NCBI GenBank assembly: GCA_002269645.1
Contig: NIVC01001247.1
Coordinates: forward strand, 220,928-284,927
Direction of reading: 5' to 3'
Length of the DNA stretch: 64,000 nt
DNA from: Macrostomum lignano
Lineage: Eukaryota
Each line of letters starts with the position of its first letter. The first letter of the stretch is position 1. Made by a program: the position numbers and the translations under genes. Below the pieces are notes generated by a model, which searched no databases, was not told the DNA's origin, and was given only the letters and a program-made list of their open reading frames with translations. Positions 12,718 to 32,366 of the stretch are shown piece after piece.

Positions 12718-14067
12718 TCAGAAACACCTGCTGGTGATCTCAGTGGTTTCCGCACTCTCTTCTAAACTGCTGCCAGTCCAGCCGCGACAGCTCTCGTTGT
12801 TGAGTTGAACTGAGACAGTCGACTCGCACTGTAGCTGCAGCTGCTCATGCTCAACTTTCTGTGATCGGTCGTCACCACTGCGCAAAGAGACGCTGGTCTT
12901 GGGCAGGCGTTCGAGTCGTAGGCAGTTCCTGGAGGACAGTCTGTCCCGGTACAGCAGCTGCTGTTTCTGCCGACGCTGCTGCAGCTGCTGCTGCCGTTTG
13001 AGTCGTGTCGGACAGCAGATTCGGCAGAAGATGTTCGCAAGATCGCCTCGGAACTTATTGGACGAAGCGGCATAGACAAAGAAGTTCAGCAGGGAATCCG
13101 TCACGAGCAGCACGTTGGTGACGCTGTCAGGATGGATTGGCAGTTTCTCGGGCAGGTCCGGGTTGTGCTGCAGGATGGTTGTTGAGATAAACGTCGGTAT
13201 CTCGAAGATGCAGAACAGGATGGCCAGGCCCAGGACCATCTGGCTGGCTCGCAACGACGACAACGGGCCGCTGTCAGAGCCGCCGCAGCCGCCGCAGCTT
13301 CGAGGAGTGGTATCGGCTCGTTCAAGTCGATTCTTGCGAATACGAAGCCACATAGTGATGGTGGGAAATGGGATCAGAACAGTGGGGATCAGAGCCTGGA
13401 ATACGTAGATCGCCCAGGGCACCAGGTCCATCTGCAGGTAGGGCCGCATGACAATCACTGCGTCGCCTGGGGCCTTATCTGGCGCCAGAACCGCCGCGTC
13501 GTTCTCAAACGACAGCAACTCGTCAGAGTTGGTGCAGAGCACGCCCAGACCACCCAGGTGGGCCAGCAGGGCCAAGGCCAGGGCTGTGCAAATCACCAGC
13601 GCGAAGGCGATCGCCAGGCGAAACCGGTTGAAGAACAGGAACCTCCTGGAGGCCAACGGTCGGACGATGACTTCGCAACGGGCCGCGCTGATTAGCAGGA
13701 CGTTCCAATTGCGAATGGACACCAGGGCGTTGATTGCGACGTGCGTGACGGTGGTGAACACGTAGGTGAACGCGCTGTGCCAGTGCTCAAAGTTGCTCAA
13801 CACGATGCCAGTCTCGGTGAGCAGGGCGCACTGCAGGCAAATCTCCGTGCTAGAAATTGACAGCAGCGAAAACCTGACCGCTCGATTGTCGAACTTCTGC
13901 CGCGAGAAGACGAACAGGGAGAGCGAATTTGCCAGCAGAGCGATTAGGGCTATTGGTAGGATGACCAAACAGTTGAGTCGTTCGGTCAGAACGTAGCTGT
14001 GATCGTGCAGATCCAAGGTCTGGTTGATCTCGTCCGGTTTGCAGCTGTCCCTGATGAAGTGCAGCAT
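12718..14067 (-). CDS. Intronless class A (rhodopsin-like) 7TM GPCR, peptide/FMRFamide-receptor-like
   Basis: 449 aa from the ATG at 14067. Seven hydrophobic segments; TM1 LLANSLSLFVF, TM3 end AARCEVIVRP (DRY position), TM6 FCIFEIP, TM7 LNFFVYA; poly-Q C-tail. Confidence 0.88.
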   Translation of the reverse strand: MLHFIRDSCKPDEINQTLDLHDHSYVLTERLNCLVILPIALIALLANSLSLFVFSRQKFDNRAVRFSLLSISSTEICLQCALLTETGIVLSNFEHWHSAFTYVFTTVTHVAINALVSIRNWNVLLISAARCEVIVRPLASRRFLFFNRFRLAIAFALVICTALALALLAHLGGLGVLCTNSDELLSFENDAAVLAPDKAPGDAVIVMRPYLQMDLVPWAIYVFQALIPTVLIPFPTITMWLRIRKNRLERADTTPRSCGGCGGSDSGPLSSLRASQMVLGLAILFCIFEIPTFISTTILQHNPDLPEKLPIHPDSVTNVLLVTDSLLNFFVYAASSNKFRGDLANIFCRICCPTRLKRQQQLQQRRQKQQLLYRDRLSSRNCLRLERLPKTSVSLRSGDDRSQKVEHEQLQLQCESTVSVQLNNESCRGWTGSSLEESAETTEITSRCF

Positions 14068-14512
14068 TCTGGATAAACACAAAACAGTGCGCTAACTAGT
14101 TAGCCATGTTAGTTGTTAGATAGATGCATATTTTTTAATAATGAAACAAAAAGCAAAACTATATCTAGAGCTGGGATTAAAGCAAATCTTTCGTCTTGTT
14201 CCGAGAATTCTTCATCTGTAGGATATTCATAATTTACCGGGTGGGGGGAGTGTGCCTTTGTGTCCGTTCGACAGTTCCCTAGATAATAGCATGCAATTTA
14301 CAATCTATTCCGCTCCTTTGAGAAACCCACAAGCACCATTATCAGATGAAGCAGTGTGCCGGACACCTGCCCAAGAAGAAAGCATGGAGAGAGACATTTG
14401 GGTCGTATATGTATATTTTAGCAACGAGTTTTAGCAAAAACAAGTCTCTCGCTGCGAAGTGCACTCCAAAGAGTATTTGTGTGAATTCGCATACACACAG
14501 ATGTGCAGAACG

Positions 14513-14762
14513 CAGTGGTGTACACAGAAGGGGCAGGGAACCCGCCATGAGACAGGGGCGCCCACCAAAAAAACCGAGGCGCCCACCAAAAAAACCGGGG
14601 CGCCTGCCGAGAGAGGGGCGCCTACCGAGAGAGGGGCGCCCACCCAAGAGACAGTGGCGCCCACCCAAGAGACAGGGGCGCCCACCCAAGAGACAGGGGC
14701 GCCCACCCAAGAGACAGGGGCGCCCACCCAAGAGACAGGGGCGCCCACCCAAGAGACAGGAG
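14513..14762 (+). mobile_element. Truncated MITE-like copy: CAGTGGTGTACACAG head plus 21-bp minisatellite
   Basis: The head resembles the terminus at 22315 and carries the same repeat unit. No right terminus was found. Confidence 0.55.
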
Positions 14763-15170
14763 CATCCTCATCCTCAAAGTTGTGACAAGAGCAAAATCAC
14801 GAGCTACGAGTATATTCAGATACTCAAAAAGTTATTTGTGCTGCATAATACGCTCTTCAACGTTTTGCTTACCTGTTTCGAATTGACGGAGACTTTGAGC
14901 TGGTCAAATATTAGTTTAACTTGAATCGTTTTGGCCGGGTTTATTGTAGACTTCTGAAGGTTGAAATCTACTGCAGACTTGATCTACTCTATTATTAGCC
15001 AAATTTGAGCAGCTCTCCTTGCGTCGGGTCGAAATAGCGTCGAAAAATGGGGTGGCAGGGGGCCAGACAGGAAGGGGTAGGAGGTGGGAATATGAGGGTC
15101 GAGCAGAAGCCTATCCAGCTAGTTGGGCCGCCAATGCGAACTCTAGCAGCCAATCCAAATGCTTGAAGAA

Positions 15171-15742
<572 letters not shown>

Positions 15743-17339
15743 ACATCCATCTATCTGCAATAGCTAGATAGATGAATGTTCTTCTTCGACTTACTTACGA
15801 TATCTATTCGATTAATTGAATTGCAGTTTTCCTACGTGAAATCTTCACGACAGTAGAAATTTGTTTCTGCACTGGAAGAAAAGTTCACTAAGTAAATTAG
15901 GTTAAGCACAGTAGAAGTGAACGTGTTTGGGAATTAGGAATACCTAAAGGAAAGTATACCATTATTTTTGTGATGCACTACTCTCGTATTCAGATTGTAG
16001 CATAACAGAACAAATGACTGGGAAAATGAAGATCGATAACGATATTTAAAAACGAAGACTTGATTTACAATGTAGCATAACTAGCTCATGTACCGAATGC
16101 ATGAGGACATCGTCACAAATTTTAGACAGGAGGGAGCCAAGTAATAGAAACTATTCTTTACTTGACCAATCATTTCCATGCTGACGAGACCGCTAATTGC
16201 ACTCGCAGTGCAGTCGGGTCCAGTTAGCCTAATTATAACTTTTGGCTGGCTGCCACAAAATTATCGGGTTGGTTAAGAACTCCTTCAAATGCGTTCAGCT
16301 ACAACTATTTTTTCATTTTTCTTAACATTGTCTATTCTTTTAATCAAGTAACTTACTCATTTGCCTTGCTCCCTGTCAGATACTCATACTTCACGCTCAT
16401 TTGCATGTACACTTTGCCCTCTGCCCAGTGTGTACACTGATAAGCTATGCTGATTCGCATGTATACTTTGGCCTCTGCCCAGTGTGTACACCCTGTGTGA
16501 GCGTGTGAGCATGTGCGCGTGCTAATTAGGAGTCAGCGGAATGGGCAGAATGGCCGTCAGCTCTGGTTGTGGGACGATGTCGCCAAAGACGTTGCGTCAG
16601 AGGTACTGCAGCCGTCCTGCAATTATTATTATTAATACACATGTACATGTCAACCAGCTCTGACAGTTCTGGCCGATCATACGGAAGAAGCGGCATAGAT
16701 AGATAAGCAGGGCATCTAGCAGGGCACAAGAAACAGATGAATTGAGCGAGTGAAACATAAAAAATCCCATTGGATTAACTTATTAAATCCCTGACTGTCT
16801 CTCTGGCGCAAATATCAGACTATAAATCTTGAGCAGCTGCTATTCGGGAGGACAAACCAAGTTCGAAGCTGTGGAAAACTTCGATGTTATCCAGCGAGTC
16901 AGATGAAAATAGATTAGAATTTAATTAATTCACCCGCTCTGTGAGTTTATATCCCGCAGTGACAAAAACAACATAAAGCCACAAGTCAGTTTTGTTCTTT
17001 TCGAGATTCACCGACTCGTTAAAATTTCTAAGCAAAACGAAGACAGGCCCTCCTTGCCATCAATTTACTGTGCAGTTTTCATGCAGACAGGCAAATCTGT
17101 GATGCTGCATCTAATTTCGGAAAGTCTGACAACTTTTTCTGAGAGACATCTGCTCCGTTAACGAAATGGCAGTTTTTTCCTAGAAAGCTGGACAGAAGAT
17201 ATCTAAGATATAAAAATAAATATTTACCTGAATGTTGTAGGCACCCTGGCACGTCATCGTCCCCCACAATTTTACCTATTCCAAAAACAACAACAACAAC
17301 AACAAAAGACGCGGCCCCGCATGCAAAGTCAGAGTTAGA

Positions 17340-17705
17340 GCAGGGTGCGTCAGATGGCTTGAGAGCGGACGAAGTCCGTTGGCAGTGTCGGGCGCCCCAG
17401 CGTCGCACAGCAGGCAGTCCGCGTATCGACAGCTTCGGGCCTGACCCCGCCTGAACGGGCCTGAAAGGTGAGCAGCAGGACGACCTGAACAGGTTGGGGG
17501 CAGTAGCCCTCGGCCCGCATCACGTGACCCGCCAGTTGAAGTCGCCGCCTGTGCAGGATGATGGACGGGCGCCCGATCGTACAGGGCCTCGGTCTCGACG
17601 CTCTCGTCAGCTCGAAAGGCCGCACGGAGCAGCCCTGAGTCCAGCTACAGCTCCAGCGTAGCCGCGTCAGCGTCCACGTCTCAGCCCCGCTGACTCCTGA
17701 TAATG
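17340..17705 (-). mobile_element. Degenerate 3' fragment of an RTE-clade LINE ORF
   Basis: Translation GAETWTLT...LHRRRLQLAGHVMR matches the C-terminal post-RT motifs of RTE elements (YGAETWTLT; RRLRFAGH). Established motif knowledge. Confidence 0.75.
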
Positions 17706-18494
17706 CATCCAGACACGCACTCATACACACGCTCTTACAGAGTGTGGACATTCATACTGTCTGCGCCTTGAGAGTTGGTCCTCATGGCTGTTAATCGTTT
17801 TTTTTGTGTACCTAATCTCACTTTTCAGCTTGTATTTTAAACGGCTATTTATTGTAGTAAATATCAGACCATAATTTTTATAAAAGGCTATTTTTACATT
17901 GGCCGAAAGACTGCCTCTAACTATTCAGGTTAAACAGAAGCTCTACAAAGCAGAGTGGACTTGATTGTGCCCAAACTCCTACTGAATGGCATGCATACTA
18001 GTGAAATGTAAGACACAACCTAGCTAACCCACCCACCAGTCCGTATTTCTCCGTCTCTCTCCCCGTGTGTGAATTTTGTTTTTTAGTGTCCATTTATTAT
18101 TATAGCTATTCAAACAACGATTGTCTTCAACTGTAGAGGTATGTATATATATAGAGAGAGTTAACAGAAAGGTCGACGAAGAAAAAAGCTGACATGCATG
18201 AGGGGGTTTGGTGTAGAGGCAGTAAAAGTTGAAATAGCTATATCTGATTCGTTTGCAACAGCGGGATAGAGGCTGAATAGCGAGAGAAAGCTATGGCTCA
18301 AGCGCCAACGCTGACGGACAAGATGTCGCATCGCGGTGCGTTCTCATTTAAATGCCAAGGGTGGGTAATAAAACATTTGAGTTCATTGTTTTTTAAAGCT
18401 TTTTATGTTTTGATGCTTTGATGCTTCCGACCCTTTCCCACCGCCCCGGCACTCATTGCGGGCATATAAATGTGAGTTATTTGAGTTGCCACAG

Positions 18495-19548
18495 GTATCG
18501 CGCGTCGACTGCATTTCTGCAATGAACGCTGACGAGCAGCATCCAGCATTCGATGTCTCCTATGTCAGGTCGAAAATCTGGGCGCCAGTCCGTGTGGACA
18601 TTGTCCGACACGAGCGCACGGTCGATCTGGACATCAGGCGGCATCCGCTGTACGCCCGACGGCCTGATCTGTTGCGACGAACTGGTCCGAAGCATCTACC
18701 GGGCGCCGGTAGCACCTGGGTGAGCGAATGGCTTCAACAGCGGTTTGAGAAGCCGAAAATGAGCGAACCGAAGCTGGCTAACCGGCCGAAGTCTGAGCTG
18801 CCCCCGTGCACACCTGGACGAGTTATAAAGCAGAGTCAACAGCCAGGAAGAGGTATGGTAGGCTTTACTTTGTACAGACGATGCACTTGATGTCTTAGAT
18901 TGTACAAAGTGCTGCAAGGTGAACTCATCAACTGAGGCCCAGTTTAGACCACACACGACTTAGTACGTAAATTTTACGCAACTTTTGTACATGAGTTGTT
19001 TTTATTGATGTCCCAACTTGTTTAACTCACTCTCAGAATGAGTATAAAAATGTTATAGAATGTTTTTATGCATTTGCTAAACTACAGGGAAGCAGAAGAG
19101 TCATCAGCAGCAGCACTATCCTGAGGAAGATCTCAACTATGACAACTGCAGCCTCGATGATTCCTGCTGCGAGGACTGCTGCTTCTGCTGCCCCGGCCGA
19201 CGACGGGGTGGGCAAGCCGGACATCAATTTGTTCAGCCACTCGCTGCAGACAATAGATCAGCTACCAGCGTGGCTCTGCCGCTTCCCCAGCTGTCGCTGC
19301 TTGGAGACTCCAACAAGCAATTGTCCCTGTCGTTCGACAGTCGACCGAGAGCGAAGTCATCGGCTGCGGATCTGACGCGTCTGCCGACGACATTCCGAAC
19401 TGAAGCTTCGGCTACCTGCTTGACCAGTGCGTCTCAGCTGACCCTGCTCAGCTGCAGGTCCGAACTGTCAAAGTGCGACCGACAGCAACATCTGACGGAT
19501 CGTCTGGAGCGCAGTAAAAGACAAGAAGCAGCGCGAGAAGAGTCCTGA
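18495..19548 (+). CDS. Candidate exons of an unidentified gene (18495-18719; about 19088-19548 with a Cys cluster)
   Basis: AG/GT-bounded open frames with coding-like composition (VSRVDCIS...GSTW; KQKSHQQQHYPEEDLNYDNCSLDDSCCEDCCFCCPG...). Splice phases could not be joined unambiguously. Confidence 0.35.
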
Positions 19549-19661
19549 AGTCGACGAGTGACTCTGCAGCTGGATGAAGGAGTCTACGAAAGCCGAGACA
19601 GCTTCAAGATTAAAGAAGGTAGACTGCCAGTTTATTGACATTTGAAAAGTCTGAAACAACA

Positions 19662-19882
<221 letters not shown>

Positions 19883-20404
19883 ATGTCCTTGAATTTTACA
19901 CGCATGTAATTTTTCTCCAGCGGAACCAATTGAGCTAGTCATATATTTTAACGCTCGACCTTATTTTGTTTTGTTCTCAAATTTCCAAAACATATTTTGA
20001 ATCAATGTACTTTTAAAGACATATTCTAATTCAGGATGAAATGAATATTTTATCTGTAAGAGGAACCCAAGATATTCAGGGCTGGATCAAATATTCTGTC
20101 CACATCTTGGCAGCAGTATTTTCAGCTGCCTTGTGACTTGCATCTTGCTCTAGCTTATTGCAGAAGCCTAATTCCCTTGGTGGTCTACGTCTGGGCCTCC
20201 CTAGTTCGGTCATCGCACGCTTCAGTGCACCCTTATCTCTGCCGTGCGGCACGTCTTGCTGCATCCTCTTCAACTGGAAAAGAACATTCGCGTACTTTTT
20301 TGACGGCGGCAGTTTGCCATAATCAAGCATCAAATTATATTTCCGTTGCAAATAGAGCGAATAGTTGATAAATAGACCGATTTCATCATGTTACTAAACT
20401 TCAG

Positions 20405-28409
<8,005 letters not shown>

Positions 28410-28776
28410 AATTATGGCTAGAAAGGAAGCTTTCCTCACTGTTTGACTTGCTAATTTTGCGGATAGAGAAAATTAGTTATAACTTACTTACATGTACACC
28501 GCATTGTAAAACGACTCCGCGACTCAGCGTGCATTAATTGGGATTTGAAGGCTCTCGCCTTAGTCTATAAAAACGTTTGCTCCAGTTTGGAAGCAGAAAG
28601 CGTATGAAAGCGAAGAAAGAAGGATTTATTAAACGATGAAACGTTATATCAACAGCTGCACCGATTCGCTGAGGAACATTTTTCTTTCCTATTGGAGCAC
28701 CTTCTTCATAGACAAAAGGGAACAATACTAAATACTAAATACAGATTGCACTATCCCCACCATAGACAAAAGGGAA

Positions 28777-29926
28777 TGTAGTGAGTCGCTAGTTTAGTTA
28801 GGCGCCGCACTAGTCAGCTGTTGCCCTCGCCTTCTCCCCAGGTTTCTGTCTGCCGCTGGGCAGTTGCCTGTCCCTCCCGCCTGTCTCCTGGCCTGTCCTC
28901 TGCCCGTTTGTCTGTCTGTCTGTTTGTCCTCGTTTGCCCCCTTTTGTCTCGTTTTCCCTTTTTGCAGTGCCCAGACAGCTTGGTCTGGCCTGCCTCTGTT
29001 TCGTTCTCTGTCAGGCATCTCCAAATTTGGAGTGCCTTTCTGTTTTCCGGTCCCACGGTCACGAGTGCCTTCACTTGTGGGCCGTTTCCCCTTGTCATGT
29101 GAGCCAGTCACATGACAAGGCCCTCTTCCTTCTTTAGTCCAAAGTACAATGATTTCATCATTGTACGCTGGGCTCGTGTTTATGGGGAGATCACGTGCGC
29201 CCGGACCCCCCCCCTTTGCCTCCTCTGAGGCAGGGCCCGCTTGTTTGTTGCTAAAAATAGCAACAGAGTCACTCATGACTCTCAGCGGGGGCCTTTCGTA
29301 ATGTGTGCAATCGATCCTCCCTATAAATGCGGCCCCTCTCATGGCTTGGCTCAGACAAGCGTGCCAACCCTTCCTTCCTTTCCTTCCGTTAACCGTTCCT
29401 TCCGTTTCAAGCGCCTTCCGTTTCTAGCGAACTCTAAGTTTGTGTGCCAAGTGTGCGCTTCAAGTGAACTCCAAACTCCCGACTTTGCGCGTGACTGCCT
29501 CTGATTGTTCCTGCTATCAATTAGCAGGCCAGCTCGGATCGCCCGAAGCTAGCACTTTCGCTCTCACCCCGCACCAGCCCGGCAGGGACTGCTGACGGTG
29601 GGCACCTCTGCGCGAGAACTGCTAAATCTGCACGAAGTGCGAGTCTCTTTCTCTCGTCTTATTTATTTGCTTCTACGAGCTCAGCACCTCACCGAAGGCT
29701 GCGACTCTGCGAAGCTGGTGGCAGCACTACCAACGCTACTAGATCAACCCGGAGACTTCCCAGGAGAGCTCAAGGTAGGCAGCTCAAGCAACTGTACTTC
29801 TAGACGCTATCGAGGAAAGTACAAGCAACCACTTCACTGGTGGCAGCGGTGGGATTCCAAGACCTACGCCCGGCTAGGCCACCCGAGACAAAATAAGAAA
29901 CCACCAACAACGCGAACTGTACTTCA
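28777..29926 (+). repeat. 5' LTR (1150 bp); TATAAAT at 29322; splice donor AAG|GTAGGC at 29775; internal PBS copy at 29838-29857
   Basis: Matches 37731-38893 apart from a 14-bp indel and a 1-bp G-run difference seen by eye. Confidence 0.96.
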
Positions 29927-29927
29927 C

Positions 29928-29945
29928 TGGTGGCAGCGGTGGGAT
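29928..29945 (+). other. Primer-binding site TGGTGGCAGCGGTGGGAT, complementary to the tRNA-Leu 3' end
   Basis: Starts one base after the LTR end. Its reverse complement ATCCCACCGCTGCCACCA is the known 3' end of metazoan tRNA-Leu(AAG/UAG). Confidence 0.9.
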
Positions 29946-30027
29946 CCGACAAGTCAAGATTCGACTACTACTACACCCAAGACAACCGCTCTTTCGAGTA
30001 AGAATTCGGCTATTCTACTAATTTGAA

Positions 30028-31197
30028 ATGTTTAACGAGAGAGAAGAGAGCCGGTGCAGCAGCCGGCTGGATCAGCACATCAGCAGTTCGAGACCTGCAG
30101 CAGCATCGGCTGCCGCAGCAGCAGCGGTCAACGACCTTGGTCAGCAGATGCCGCGGCGAAGTGCGAGAAGCGAAGTGTCCGAAGACCCGCCAGACGAGCT
30201 TCTGCCAGGTTTGGACGACCTCGGCCAGAACATCAGGCCCCAGGATGTGAGAACGATGATGGCAGCTCTGCAGCAGCAGATGGAGCGGCCGGTAAGCAAA
30301 TCTGTTAAGATTGTAAAGTACACGCCCAGCCAGGACATCCACGTCTGGCTCGCCGCGTTCGAGCAGCGCTGCGAGATGGAGCGTATCGAAGACCCGATCG
30401 AGATGAAGCAGCACCTCGTTGCGAGTCTAGATCTGGCAACCGCTTACCCGGCTCTGCTCAGTATGCACCTCCCACGCTATGCTGGCTACGAGGAGGTCAG
30501 GCAGCGACTGATCGAGAGATTCGCCCGCCACGGTGGCGCGGATGAATATCGAGAGCTGCTGAGGCGCCGTCAGCAAGGCAAGAACGAGTCAGCAGAAGAG
30601 TACGCTGATGCCCTGCGCACCTTGGGAGAGCGAGCGTACCCTCGAATGCACCCTGAGGATCGAGAGCGGGAGCTGGCTGATCAGTTCCTAGCTGGCATCA
30701 GGACGACACCAGATCTGCGCGAGCGGCTCTATTGGGTCCGCCCGAACAATCTGCTGGCCGCTATTCGAGAACTCCATCGTCTGGAAGGCGCCAAGGAACT
30801 GGCGCAGCGCTCTGCTCAACCCCCGGTTCGCATGCTGAACGGGGAGCGCGACGGTGACCCGACGCCCGACGCCACCGCTCAAGCTCTCCTGGCTCTGACT
30901 GATCTGCTAGAGAAACAGCAGCGACTGCTAGACAACCTGGTGCAGCGTGACCAGCAGCAGAAGACGAGTCCGCCTGCGAAAGCCATGATCTGCTATGGCT
31001 GTGGTCAGCCTGGTCATCGCAATGCACAGTGCCCGTTACGCCAGAACCAGGGAAACGGCGAGACGGAGAGCGCCCACGGCAACGCCCTCCGCAGAGCCCA
31101 AGCCCCGGCTACTTGGCAGACTCCGAACGCTCACCAGAAGAAGAGGATGTCGGCTGCGCAGGCGCCAATGCCCAGTCCGACAGTCGCTCATCAGTAA
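30028..31197 (+). CDS. gag: Gag
   Basis: 389 aa; capsid-like WLAAFEQRCE and QGKNESAEEYADALR motifs; CCHC knuckle CYGCGQPGHRNAQC. Confidence 0.93.
   Translation: MFNEREESRCSSRLDQHISSSRPAAASAAAAAAVNDLGQQMPRRSARSEVSEDPPDELLPGLDDLGQNIRPQDVRTMMAALQQQMERPVSKSVKIVKYTPSQDIHVWLAAFEQRCEMERIEDPIEMKQHLVASLDLATAYPALLSMHLPRYAGYEEVRQRLIERFARHGGADEYRELLRRRQQGKNESAEEYADALRTLGERAYPRMHPEDRERELADQFLAGIRTTPDLRERLYWVRPNNLLAAIRELHRLEGAKELAQRSAQPPVRMLNGERDGDPTPDATAQALLALTDLLEKQQRLLDNLVQRDQQQKTSPPAKAMICYGCGQPGHRNAQCPLRQNQGNGETESAHGNALRRAQAPATWQTPNAHQKKRMSAAQAPMPSPTVAHQ
31050..31091 (+). promoter_or_regulatory. -1 ribosomal frameshift signal (G GGA AAC, 7-nt spacer, stem-loop)
   Basis: The heptamer is in gag phase and pol is in the -1 frame. 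CGGAGAGCG (31064-31072) pairs with CGCCCTCCG (31083-31091) with one mismatch. Confidence 0.75.
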
Positions 31198-32366
31198 GTG
31201 AGGCTGAGTGCGGAGGTTTCGTGGACACCTCCGATGATCAAAAAATCCATGCGCGTGAGGCCGATCCGTACGTCACCGGCCGATTGGCGGGCCGAGAAGT
31301 CCCTTTCCTACTAGACAGCGGCAGTCGGAAAAACTTTCTTGGAGCGTCGACCTGGGCCAATGTTAGACGTCGGATGCCTCGTTGTATCATATCGCATGCT
31401 ATCCCGGATTGCGTGACCATGTACGACGGTACGCAGCTACCCCTTGCGTGTAAGGTGATCATCCCGGTGGAGTTCGGTGATGTCGTCGCGGACACCGAAT
31501 TCCTGGTCACGGTCACCGATTGTGAAAATTTGCTTGGTATTAATTTCATGCGTGAACACTGCCAAAACTTGGACTTTGCGCAAGGAATGTTAAAGTTCAA
31601 CAATGGCGCGTGCATTCCCGTTCGCTATTCGCGCCGTGAGCTTCAATCATGCCGGGTGTACACCTCCGAGAAGTGCACTCTGCCGCCGAGAAGTTCAGCG
31701 CTGTTGGCCGTCCAGTTGGATGTCGGCCACCCCGAGAACCGAGGATCGCCATCAATCGTCGAGCTGGTGAAGTCGAGACTGCACCCCAGCTGCAACACTC
31801 TGGAAGCAGCTCCAGCTCTGATGACGATGCCTGAAGGTCGAGGCTACATCGAGGTCGTCAACACTGCTGACTGCGAGGTGTTCCTGCAGTCGGGCATCCG
31901 CGTTGGTGTTGCGACACCACTTAGAACTGCTGACCTGATGTACCTGGAAGAGACGCCGGAACCTGAAGTTCGACATTTGCCAAGGAGCCCTGAAGAGTCC
32001 AGCACAGCTTGGCTAGAGGAAGTCGAGATCAACAGCGAGCTGTCCGAAGATCAACGACAGAGAGTGCGAGATCTACTAGTTGAGTGTCAAGCAGCCTTCT
32101 CGAAGCATCTGCTAGACGCTGGCCTGACACACCTGGTGACCCACGAGATCATCCTGAAGGATCGGACACCAGTTGCGCTACCACCGCGCAGGATCCCGCC
32201 TCATCTGAAGGACAAGCTAGACGCCCTGCTAGACGAGATGCTGGCGAAGCACATCATTCGCCCGGCTTATTCTAGCTACAACTCGCCAATGCTGATAGTG
32301 CCCAAGAAGGACGGCAACATCAGGCTGGTGCATGACTTCAGAGCTCTCAACGACAAGTGCGTGTAG
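31050..32366 (+). pseudogene. pol: Pol part 1: aspartic protease and RT N-terminus, ending at a frameshift
   Basis: FLLDSGS protease motif; PPRRIP, YNSPMLIVPKKDG and DFRALN RT motifs. Confidence 0.9.

Noticed and set aside
20076-20389. Minus-strand 90-100-codon open frame (LDYGKLPPSKKY...)
   Set aside because: It has no ATG context or acceptor that I could place, no recognised homology, and it opposes the + strand gene region.
28794-30026. ORFs inside the LTRs (182-190 aa antisense; 142/113 aa sense)
   Set aside because: They have low-complexity composition from CT-rich tracts and no recognisable domain. They are duplicated only because the LTRs are.
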